DNA of 37,892 nucleotides from Limisphaerales bacterium (GTDB lineage Bacteria; Verrucomicrobiota; Verrucomicrobiia; Limisphaerales; PALSA-1396): NCBI GenBank assembly GCA_003140275.1, contig PLJQ01000364.1, positions 6,518 to 44,409 of the forward strand, read 5' to 3'. Shown piece by piece: positions 20,601 to 26,200 of this stretch (position 1 is its first letter; each line of letters starts with the position of its first letter). The notes under the pieces were generated by a model. It saw only the letters and a program-made list of their open reading frames with translations, ran no database searches and was not told where the DNA came from. The position numbers and the translations under genes were made by a program.

Positions 20601-20607
20601 TCACTGA
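11620..20607 (+). CDS. Rhs/YD-repeat polymorphic toxin (2,995 aa) with a Sec signal, a transglutaminase-like N-terminal region, the Rhs shell, a PT-TG-like segment and a PD-(D/E)xK nuclease-like C-terminal tip
   Basis: The signal-like N-terminus is MNTRMLSFAKQFLIGCIIVLVTADVQAQ. GSPVEQCALLIYLLRRAGVPAGYIY ... PWVAAYVDGQWVHLFPW matches the Transglut_core pattern. The shell starts with DPVNAVSGEFYIEATDLSLPGQMPLLIRRNYSSQ (aa ~1086). Many YD-type units follow (YEYDTHGDLIAV, YAYDGMGRVTAEE, YQYDSFGNLTQINDPLGN, among others). The core end is YLGARHYDPVAGRFASADPLG...GGDPVNFFDPSGR (DPSGR = aa 2716-2720, nt 19765-19779). Confidence 0.95.
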   Translation: MNTRMLSFAKQFLIGCIIVLVTADVQAQTPTAYNIRFLRGRGSNLRYYSMVVPLSGQQAAPFAEPIAATYYHLNATNSGSQDYITNRFAFTNVLASFGSQMGGPSLYLNQAYRFGIYAGDPTLSASWTNAVLIFVYSKTNNSLIDTMSLAYPDAPDTNQWTQVLTNGRTSVVSGYGLTTTLYQQPDTIWGNGIWGECTLTHVATSAATNYVFVTYMLGLTDLGGMMLQADGSWYWEPLYSVDFDPRPATRVSFVDQAQFQGVPMPSEYYGKSLTELLSVHAVVTNAVSSAATNWLDLDNSPELRDHPTLDQFVTDMGSNALALASFVQNEIELTDAIAYNNDTNKLLDTAINLGGVNRGALGTYLEGQGSPVEQCALLIYLLRRAGVPAGYIYPPYDGVQMVDAGLSKLLQVQLRGAVTSDGFIYTTNSLISVNYPWVAAYVDGQWVHLFPWLKDTSVTEGLNLYDYMPTNYNNGAKWADHYIRNDTNIFSLSASADTPDVLFPNFIQNALLTTAPGVSIDDLGITAFNRRVEYSRWSDFPTPFAVTNGAVNTVHDLTSITNLYPTFTNIFDTVGIQIYSTSATNKSLFTGDLRTCDLHDRKFIIRQQTNGANYILTLSLAPYRSSLTNVMNFTNDPALLKPQQMQLTLASTNDNLTVHFNFKRHRTLPAAVTNYSSYLAVNEVLQYSSDSSIRLGDLAAICLDLGRVSQKMLTPWAQEYWNMQNQVKANPSITNSLSPDTTQGTLPYLMGMAYYERTDKFDAKNQALHKVRLGTQVSIGLSLLSAQRNTSGQLILPLKLYHPAVDMFIEQVSLFGNQSIHLDYGSDFYANRDDYIWISNLEGSAQEHQIIDDFYTRTGGVSTVKLLRQAQQAGQPGMFELNINTYASHNNLSTYDSGIWKQVTNVFASGPGQFAIVYITAAPITNTAASYKGMGALVYSRDVEAALISGNQLPQNGGWGIPLTDPIYNPPDYNYNNLTFNSSDYSSGGSRYDSGWQVSYSAPSVGTPAFLSESVSWWDTASTYGFISSGAINWGWNPFDSLQFNYASYYLNLPTASTYQDTVDNGSGYGPAVGPEYAQLAGTVSDPVNAVSGEFYIEATDLSLPGQMPLLIRRNYSSQNVDMGDSPFGCGWRPAYQPYLRMVSTNLIYATEMDGTVVAYRQPSPGTNYWKPTAADNPELNNRSVAGIGSTANLFNNYLTNAITGGATNYYLSGADGSVRFFQYTNYPVVGTNGTGFDRYRPYLQQWTDVNGNNYAFSFQTDNTQPDYGQVHRIQSSSGNFLVFNYDSFGHITDAYTEDGRRLHYEYDTHGDLIAVTFPDESQINYAYQHSTIVTNSMTNVVSSHLLLTEQKPDGRLLSNSYDSLRRVVTQAATVGSDLRLVTNATFIYSNNFTNLTNSIITGTTYVKDVFGKTNSYQYTSNFITGITDQLGQSITQVWFTNSGDPGYYPHSLKSRTDKRGLKTDYQHDSLGNLSQVTLTGNLTGGTATNETATYQFTYTSRNLLSTATDPLTNQVVCAYTNTTFPMSPTAIVRQANGVPISTNQFFYTSVVQVVTNGAVSTNSSFGLASRVIRGGFSTNDFAYDGRGFLAQAIRYTGTGDPAVTNTLLYTDRGELKQSTDAAGRSKVFAYDGMGRVTAEEVYEANATTPEGFNYSYYNENGELVWTDGPRYNPEDYIWRDYDGAGRKITEIHWRSAAFGDGSGVTADPANLYSTTFYQYDSFGNLTQINDPLGNYIVQSFDAIGQLTGQVFFGANGVALATNRLAYEPGGQVAFATNALGGVTTKQYTFTGKPRFQQNPDGSTNSWQYDLSGRVVNEFLPNGNFWQTVYNDAGNTITRYFNNGSGVLATNIAQFDARGNAIQTTDAEGNTFTNLFDGLDRIKIAAGPAIVSVIEDCGISGSGCGVYVTNVLQHAVTNFYDNAGVTSTNVNALGEKTIATFDALGRTTRVEVRSATGTSVRVTTTAYSADHQSVTVTNGTGASAVATTTYTDNAGHALLTITYPTNGVREYIWRQYDAAENRIAEDQCSYNGAVSVWATNVWTYDGLNRVKTGVIRDGALTTYGYDALGDVTNRAMPGGLTWSATYLNDGRISTEQVTGGSQTARSMTYSYYAAGNPFAGKLQTLTDGRGTSRTNSYDDFLRLASVNTGGSLAEQQTSTTFQYDLRNLLINLVQSFNSTNTGPSTTILRAFDSYGQLGSESVSIGSEDGYSMGQSWDAAGRRSQLNLPTGGLIGFAYRADGLMTVASGSSFGYGDTGLLTGRTNSSRSYTINQRDGRGRVLQTTTSVGMLTALSETLNWRNDGRLSNYSAVRDDFTDTRNYTYSAYAQRLTQEAFNTASGQRLTNNYTIDRGTNGGLGLLTSSAQSGSVSSTWSVPTSGGLDGLSRVAQSQNTTINRPATGLALGAANVAATLDNNPVSVQFDGTDADGRWRASLDLTPGSHTLRLSAVHPSGLYTAFATNIFTANGGATDTVTNQYDGEGNITKRLWISGGATNRTQTLTWDAFDRLIKVSDRNVQGSGFDHVSIYDGFGRRARTIYTMVVSNAPITNPSDAISTVDSWYDPQVEFLEVGVSVNGSATTKIYGPDADGTYGGMNGVGGLEAIAHSGQVNPIGVVQDVFGNVQGTITNGAVAWNPTRVSSYGPVPGYQSPALSLNTPLEKSIGWRGRRVDESGFVYLGARHYDPVAGRFASADPLGHAASMDLYSFAGGDPVNFFDPSGRFGRGSFDISTVPNVAEEVRREEQFIAAASGLVDFVPILGGLKMWGELNSGRDLFTGERIDGNDYAQAAGIILNFLAVLPPALSLGTEASVAGAGATFTTTEAGLAGAEAQNVIRVEFAAAEAEATLPYRQGVNYSFTTFNESLGAAPARSEGVLAATTGAAEGGAYSAIGSTGQVGEQWLAQNLGGESQVFFNTTQGGRYVDQLVGDIANESKVGYQSLTPSIQLQISKDAELLNGGTFQSVNWHFFQSPVTGLGGPSQPLMNALQQNGINVIIH
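19780..20604 (+). other. Rhs C-terminal (post-core) toxin region: PT-TG-like helix pair, an ~80-aa conserved module, and a restriction-endonuclease-fold tip
   Basis: VDFVPILGGLKMWGELNSGRDLFTGERIDGNDYAQAAGIIL resembles the pre-toxin TG domain. nt 20005-20247 is the block shared with the orphan at 29847-30089. The tip reads GSTGQVGEQWLAQNLGG...GGRYVDQLVGDIANESKVGYQSL..QLQISKD, giving E...D2922...E2931-S-K2933 (nt 20383-20385 and 20410-20418). Confidence 0.6.
20005..20247 (+). repeat. 243-nt block near-identical to 29847..30089 (in frame in both genes)
   Basis: Hand alignment without indels gives 14 mismatches in the first ~58 nt and 7 in the remaining ~185 nt. In both copies it encodes AVLPPALSLG.EA..AGAG.TFTTTEAGLAGAEAQNVIRVEFAAAEAE.TLPYRQGVNYSFTTFNESLGAAPARSEG.LAA. 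Confidence 0.9.
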
Positions 20608-20609
20608 CC

Positions 20610-21191
20610 ATGCCCTACGCTACGGTACAGCCGCCATTTACGCTCAAGGTCCGGGAGATGCCGAAAAAGGAGCTTCATCGCTATTACCAATGGTTCATGG
20701 ATGTCTTGCCGCAACGAGTGAAAGAACTCACCGCAGCAGTGAGGGAGACGCCTGGATTTGAAACATGGCAGGCCGATTGCACGCCTGCTTCACTGGACAC
20801 GCTTGGTCAGTGGTTCGCAGGCCAGGTCGAGACCCGGAGCCGCACACAAGAGGAGCTTCAGGCAATCAAAGATCGTCTGGTTTTTCCGATGGATATTCCG
20901 AGCGAGGAGTTGACCAATCGGACGTTTTCCCTAGCGATGGATATTGGCATGTACTTCAGCCAAGTGCTGATGAAAAATTACCCGTCACTCAAATGGGAAC
21001 AGCCACTGGACGACAAAAAGTTTGCTGATTATGGCCAACCATGTCTTTCTGGATTTGGGCCGGTGTCTCTGAATCCGGTACGCAACGGAGGACATGTTTT
21101 TGCTCACGGGTTGGCCAGCAAAACCAAGACTGGCAAGCGACTGCGGGAGGTTTACGATTACTGGGCGCAACGGGTTCAACCTGCGATTTGA
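20610..21191 (+). CDS. Putative cognate immunity protein of the Rhs nuclease-like tip
   Basis: 193-aa ORF with no signal peptide. Its ATG starts 2 nt after the rhs stop (cacTGAccATG). This is the canonical position for a polymorphic-toxin immunity gene. I do not recognise a family. Confidence 0.55.
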   Translation: MPYATVQPPFTLKVREMPKKELHRYYQWFMDVLPQRVKELTAAVRETPGFETWQADCTPASLDTLGQWFAGQVETRSRTQEELQAIKDRLVFPMDIPSEELTNRTFSLAMDIGMYFSQVLMKNYPSLKWEQPLDDKKFADYGQPCLSGFGPVSLNPVRNGGHVFAHGLASKTKTGKRLREVYDYWAQRVQPAI

Positions 21192-21326
21192 ACCTGCCCG
21201 GCCTCCCAAAATCCGTTACAGACATCTCTCCTAAGCGGAGCTTGAGGCAGTCGGAACGGTGACGCAATAGAGCGCTAAAATACGCATTGGTGTTGCGCCA
21301 TATTCCGTGGATTTTGCGCTGCCGGT

Positions 21327-21361
21327 TTAACGCCTTTCAACGCCGCTCAACACTGGTCAAC
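21327..21361 (+). repeat. Four T(T/C)AAC motifs at exact 10-bp spacing
   Basis: TTAAC is at 21327 and TCAAC at 21337, 21347 and 21357 (ggtTTAACgc/cttTCAACgc/cgcTCAACac/tggTCAACgt). They lie in non-coding DNA near the left end of the element. Confidence 0.6.
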
Positions 21362-21729
21362 GTCAGCCATTCACGCGCCAAAAAATGCCGTTCAAAATCA
21401 CCATTTGGACGCTTCAAAGTAACTGGTTAAAAAGCAGAAATTGGGTATGACACCAACCCCTGCGAAAATGCGTCAGGAAGCCGTTCAAGGCGTGTTCGCC
21501 GGGCCGCTCGACCAAAAGAAACAGCGGCCGTCCGAACGACGGCGCTGCCAACGCCGCCAGGCTGATCGCAATTTTGCGCGTCGAATGCTCCGCGAAATAG
21601 TCGGCTGGCTGATCGCCCATTTGATGCGGGAATGTTCCGCAAACCGGAACGAACGCCGGGACGCGGCGGCAAATGCCTGGCCCATGAAAAAGGAAGGGAC
21701 GCCTGACCTCTAACGTACGTTAGCGGTTG

Positions 21730-21985
21730 GTCAACGACGCGCCAACGACCGTTGCCGCAAGTTCCAACGATTTTCCAAACGAAAGCCGCCGCAGCGATGC
21801 CGCAGCGTCCAACGATTTTACCAACGACGTTTGCCGCAGACTTCCACGATGTTCCCACGACCGTTGCCGCAAAGAACGCCGCAGCGTCCAACGATGGTTG
21901 CCGCATGGTTCAACGAAACGCGCCGCAGAAATGCCGCAGCCGCCAACGACCGCCGCCGCAGGAACACCGCCACCGTGTCCCGCAG
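21730..21985 (+). repeat. About 22 consecutive 11-bp units carrying either (C/T)CAACGA or (T)GCCGCA(G/A): an iteron- or centromere-like lattice
   Basis: CAACGA-type cores lie at 21732, 21743, 21765, 21776(var), 21810, 21822, 21844(var), 21855(var), 21889, 21911 and 21944. GCCGCA cores lie at 21754, 21788, 21799, 21833, 21866, 21878, 21900, 21922, 21933 and 21955. All sit on one lattice with an ~11-bp period. ORFs are open in all six frames, as expected for repeat DNA rather than a gene. Confidence 0.8.
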
Positions 21986-22142
21986 AAAAACCGCCCCCAA
22001 AACTCACCCGGAAAAGACCGCTTTTAGAGGTTGGCTCACTTGGCAGTCGGGAGCGCGTTGCGAGCTTTGCTGCCGCGTTGTGCTGCCGGGCGTCACTGGC
22101 CGAGTCAGGTTGCTTATGCGCTCTAGCGCCGCGCGGCGCACC

Positions 22143-22182
22143 GCGATTGCTTCGCCCCAGAGTCGGCCCCCGAAGCAATCGC
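22143..22182 (+). promoter_or_regulatory. Perfect 12-bp inverted repeat (GCGATTGCTTCG-N16-CGAAGCAATCGC): a hairpin or protein-binding site
   Basis: The left arm is 22143-22154 and the right arm 22171-22182. It is followed on the + strand by CTTTCCATTT and lies in the non-coding part of the element. Confidence 0.5.
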
Positions 22183-22293
22183 CTTTCCATTTAGCCGCCG
22201 CTGCCGCGCCGGTTCTTTGCTCGGGTCCGGCGCGTCGGTTGTTCCTTCGGTGTCCGCAATCTCAATGCCGCTGTTACTCTTATTGATGAATAA

Positions 22294-22337
22294 GGGCCGG
22301 GGCGGGCGGCGCTGACGCGCCGCCCCGCTCCGGCCCC
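22294..22337 (-). terminator. GC-rich hairpin downstream of the HTH regulator gene (candidate intrinsic terminator)
   Basis: GGGCCGGGGCGGGCGGCGC-tgac-GCGCCGCCCCGCTCCGGCCCC forms a ~19-bp stem with one bulge. On the minus strand it lies ~30 nt after the stop at 22366 and is followed by TTATTCATCAATAA, which is only moderately U-rich. Confidence 0.45.
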
Positions 22338-22365
22338 GGTGTTGAGAGCGGCTAAAGAGAAAAAC

Positions 22366-22791
22366 TCAGGCGGTTGTCGTTTCAGGGCGATTGGCTTTAA
22401 GCAGGTCCGCCACGACGCGCAAAACGTGTTGCTGCCGGTCACGCGGCAGCTTGCTTACTTCTTCAAACATGCGACGGGCTTTTCCGACCGGGCCACCGCC
22501 GCGTTTCGTGGAGTTTTCCCGGCCCATCAGATAATCCAGCGGGACATTTAGCACGCCCGCCAACTGCACGAGGTGTTCCGGGCGCAGCGCCGTGGTCCGC
22601 CGTTCCCAACCAGCATACGTCTGTTGAGTGATGCCAAGTTTTTCGGCCATCTGTGTTTGCGAAAAGCCAAGTTGCTGCCGGGCGGCGAGCAAGCGTTCTC
22701 CGAAAGGAGACCGTTCCGATTTTGATGGGCGACCTGCTGCCATGCCCGAAGTGTAAACTGGGTTTGAAATAAATACCGAAAGAGCTTGCAT
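22366..22791 (-). CDS. XRE/cI-type HTH regulator of the integrative element
   Basis: FGERLLAARQQLGFSQTQMAEKLGITQQTYAGWERRTTALRPEHLVQLAGVLNVPLDYLMG is a clear HTH_3 pattern. The internal ATG at 22743 (MAAGRPSKSE...) is an equally likely start and would leave room for a divergent promoter. Confidence 0.8.
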   Translation of the reverse strand: MQALSVFISNPVYTSGMAAGRPSKSERSPFGERLLAARQQLGFSQTQMAEKLGITQQTYAGWERRTTALRPEHLVQLAGVLNVPLDYLMGRENSTKRGGGPVGKARRMFEEVSKLPRDRQQHVLRVVADLLKANRPETTTA

Positions 22792-22821
22792 GAATTACAA
22801 TTTATACAGTAATTATCCGCC
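22744..22821. promoter_or_regulatory. AT-rich divergent control region between the HTH regulator and the replication/integration operon
   Basis: This is the only AT-rich stretch in the GC-rich element. It contains TTGCAT and an AATTAC-N10-GTAATT inverted repeat (22793-22798 and 22809-22814) that could act as an operator. Confidence 0.3.
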
Positions 22822-23217
22822 ATGTCAAAATCTTTCAAATCGGGCTTGACGGGTTCCGCCAGGAAAAGGCCCGCCATGAAAAAGTTCCGGCGTCCGCTGG
22901 ACGTGTTTGACTCGGAAGTGCTGCAATGCACGTTCGGGCGTTATCCCTGGGACGATTGGGAACGGGACGCGCTGGCGGCGGGCGTGCCGAAGGAACTGGC
23001 GGGCCTGGGCCGGTTGACCGTGCGCGAGGCGTATCAGCATGGTTGGGACGACCGCTTGAAATCGCTCTGCGGCTGGTATGACCAGGGCAAACGCATGATC
23101 AAGCTCGCGCTGCGCTCGCCCGCGACCGCCGAAAAACGCTGGCAGCATCTTCTGGACACGGACGGCTTGCGCGGCCACTACGACCCGAAAACCGGAGAGT
23201 GGATCTCCCACCACTGA
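22822..23217 (+). CDS. Small element-encoded protein of unknown function, first gene of the primase-integrase operon
   Basis: 131-aa ORF with an alternative ATG at 22876. It is Trp/Asp/Arg-rich (YPWDDWERDALAAG...GWDDRLKSLCGWYDQG). It ends 7 nt before the primase ATG. I do not recognise a family. Confidence 0.55.
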   Translation: MSKSFKSGLTGSARKRPAMKKFRRPLDVFDSEVLQCTFGRYPWDDWERDALAAGVPKELAGLGRLTVREAYQHGWDDRLKSLCGWYDQGKRMIKLALRSPATAEKRWQHLLDTDGLRGHYDPKTGEWISHH

Positions 23218-23224
23218 AACGCCT

Positions 23225-26200
23225 ATGCCACGCATACCCGAAAACGAACTGCAACGCCTCAAGCGCGAGGTGTCCGTGGCGGTGTTGTGCCGGGACTACG
23301 GCATCGAGTTGAAGCAGATCGGGCCGGACAATCTCATGGGCCGCTGCCCCTTTCACGAGGACAGCACGCCGAGCTTTGGGGTGACGCCCTCGAAAAATCT
23401 TTGGAACTGCCTGGCCGGTTGCGGCGGGGGCGACACCATTCAACTGGTGATGAAGAAGGAGGGCGTGAGCTTCCGGCACGCGGTGGAGATTTTGCGGCGC
23501 AAGACCGGCGAGACGCCGGCGGCGCCGGTCCTCAAGACGCGCCAGGGCACGCAGCACCCGGTCTTGGTGGACCCGGCCACGCAGATGGCCGACCACGCCC
23601 TGCTCAAGCACGTCGCCGATTTTTACCACCAGACGTTTTTGAACGACCCGAAGGCGATGAAATATCTGGAGCAGCGCAAGTGCTTTCATCCCGAGGCGGT
23701 CAAACTCTTTCGCCTGGGCTACGCCAATCGCACACTGGGTTATCGCGTGCCGTCCACGACCGCCGAGGGGAAAAAGCTCAAGGCGCAGTTGCAACGCCTG
23801 GGCATCCTGCGGAAAAGCGGCCACGAGCACCTGACCGGCTCGGTGGTGGTTCCCGTTTTCGAGACCGGGCCGGACGGGCCGACGGGCAACATCGCGCAGA
23901 TGTACGGGCGAAAAATCACGCCCAACTTGCGCGAAGGAACGCCGCTGCACCTGTATCTGCCCGGCGACCATCGCGCCGTGTGGAACGCCGCCGCGTTGCG
24001 CGGGCAAAAGGAATGGCTGCTCTGTGAAGCTCTGCTTGACGCTCTGACGCTCTGGTGCGCGGGCTTTCGCAACGTGACGGCCAGTTACGGGGTGAACGGC
24101 TTCACGCCGGCGCACTGGACTTTGCTCGATGAACTCAAGCCGGAGCGCATCGTGCTTTGCTACGACAACGACACGGCCGGGAATGCGGCCGCGACGAAGC
24201 TGGCCGAACAGTTGGCCGCGAAAGGCGTGCGCGTGCTGCGGGCCAAGCTGCCGCCAGGCAAAGACGTGAACGACGTGGCCCGCGAAAACAAAAACGCGCA
24301 AACCGCGCTGGCGACCGTTTTGGAAGGCTCCGGCGCACGCCCCATTGCCAAGCCCGCACCCGCGAACACGAACGCGCCCACGGCCACGGCAGCAGCGCCG
24401 CCGCCCGTTATAGCGAAGCCTGACGAACCGGCGAAGCCCGCCGTTGCGCCGCCGCAAACACAGTCAATCATAGCTAAAACCGACACGGCAAAACCCGTCC
24501 TCGATGCAGCAGCTAAAGAAAAAAATGCTGGCGCACCACCCGCGTTCCCACCGCCGCCACTTTCCTCTTTAGCCGCTTCTGTCCCGGCGACCGAAGCCGC
24601 TCCGGTCGAGCCGGAGCAACCAGAGCCAACGCCAGCCAACGGCGATGAAGTCAGTTTTACTTTTGGCGAGCGCCAATGGCGCGTGCGGGGCGTCGCCAAA
24701 AATCTTTCGTTCGAGACCTTGCGCGTGCAGTTGCGCGTCATGGTGGGCGACAGCTACCACCTGGACACGCTCGACCTGTGCAACGCCAAGCACCGGCAAA
24801 ACTTTTTGGCGCAGGCCCACGGCGAGACCGGCCAGGCCGCCGACGCGCTCAAGCGCGACCTGGGCCAGGTGCTGTTGCAGGTGGAGGAATTACAGGAGCG
24901 GCACATCCGCAAAACGGTCGAGCCGGAGCGCAAGGAAGTCATTTTGCAGGAGGGCGAGCGCGAGGCGGCGCTGGCGCTGCTGCGCGATCCCAAGCTGCTG
25001 GACCGCATCGTGGGCGACTTCGAGCGTTGCGGCGTGGTGGGCGAGCAAATCAACATCCTGGTCGGCTATCTTTGCGCCGTCAGCCGCAAGCTGGACAAGC
25101 CGCTGGCCATCGTCATCCAGAGCATGAGCGCGGCGGGCAAGTCCGCGCTCATGGAAGCCATCCTCGCCTTTGTGCCGGAGGAACAGCGCATCAAATACAG
25201 CGCCATGACCGGCCAGAGCCTTTACTACCTGGGCGACTGCGATCTGCAACACAAGGTGCTGGCCATCGTGGAGGAGGAGGGAGCCGAACGCGCCAGCTAC
25301 GCTTTGAAACTGTTGCAGAGCGAAGGCGAACTCACCATTGCCTCGACCGGCAAAGACCCGCAGAGCGGGCGCATGGTGACGCAGGAATATCACGTCGAAG
25401 GCCCGGTCATGATTATGCTCACGACCACGGCCATTGACATTGACGAGGAACTTTTGAACCGCTGCATCGTGCTGACGGTGGACGAGAGCCGCGAGCAGAC
25501 GCGCCGCATCCACGAGTTGCAGCGCGAGGCGCGCACGCTGGACGGGTTGCGCCGCAAGCTGGACAAAGCGGCCATCCTCGCCGCCCACCGCAACGCGCAA
25601 CGCCTCTTGCGCCCGTTGCGCGTGATGAACGACTACGCCCGCAAACTCACCTTCCTGAACGACCGCACGCGCACGCGGCGCGACCACGAGAAATACCTGA
25701 CGCTGATTGACACGATTGCTTTCCTGCACCAGTACCAGCGGCCCTTGAAACGGGACGGGGCGCAGCTCGAGTACATCGAAGTCACGCTCGATGACATTGC
25801 CACCGCCAACCGCATCGCGGGCGAAATCCTGGGCCGCACGCTTGATGACCTGCCGCCGCAGACCCGGCGCTTGCTCCGGCTTATTGACGAGTTCGTCGGC
25901 CAGGAAGGCAAACGCCTGAAACTGGCCCGCGCCGATTACCACTTCACCCGGCGCGACGTGCGGGCGCACACCGGCTGGACGGACTTCCAGGTGCGCGTCC
26001 ATCTGGACCGGCTCATGCAAATGGAATACGTGCTGGCCCATCGCGGCAAACGCGGCCAGTGCTTCGTCTATGAACTGCTTTACGACGGCCAGGGCCAGGA
26101 CGGAAAGCCGTTCCTGATCGGCTTGCTGGACGTTGAGCAGTTGCGGCAGGGCCAAAAGTTCGAGGGGGTAAACGGGAAGTTGGAGGGGTCAAATCCGAAG

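Noticed and set aside
21730..21985. Possibility that the short-period repeat array is a CRISPR array
   Set aside because: The units are 11 bp with no unique spacers between them, there is no repeat of CRISPR length, and there are no cas genes in the window.
21414..22442. A stack of overlapping 60-160-aa ORFs in all six frames (for example 21427..21906 -, 21720..22190 -, 21727..22194 + and 21831..22286 +)
   Set aside because: They cover the 11-bp repeat lattice and the GC-rich hairpins. Their translations are periodic Arg/Pro/Ala repeats that shift frame with the 11-bp unit. Openness in six frames is the signature of repeat DNA and not of a gene. A small real gene such as an excisionase cannot be excluded, but none is supported.
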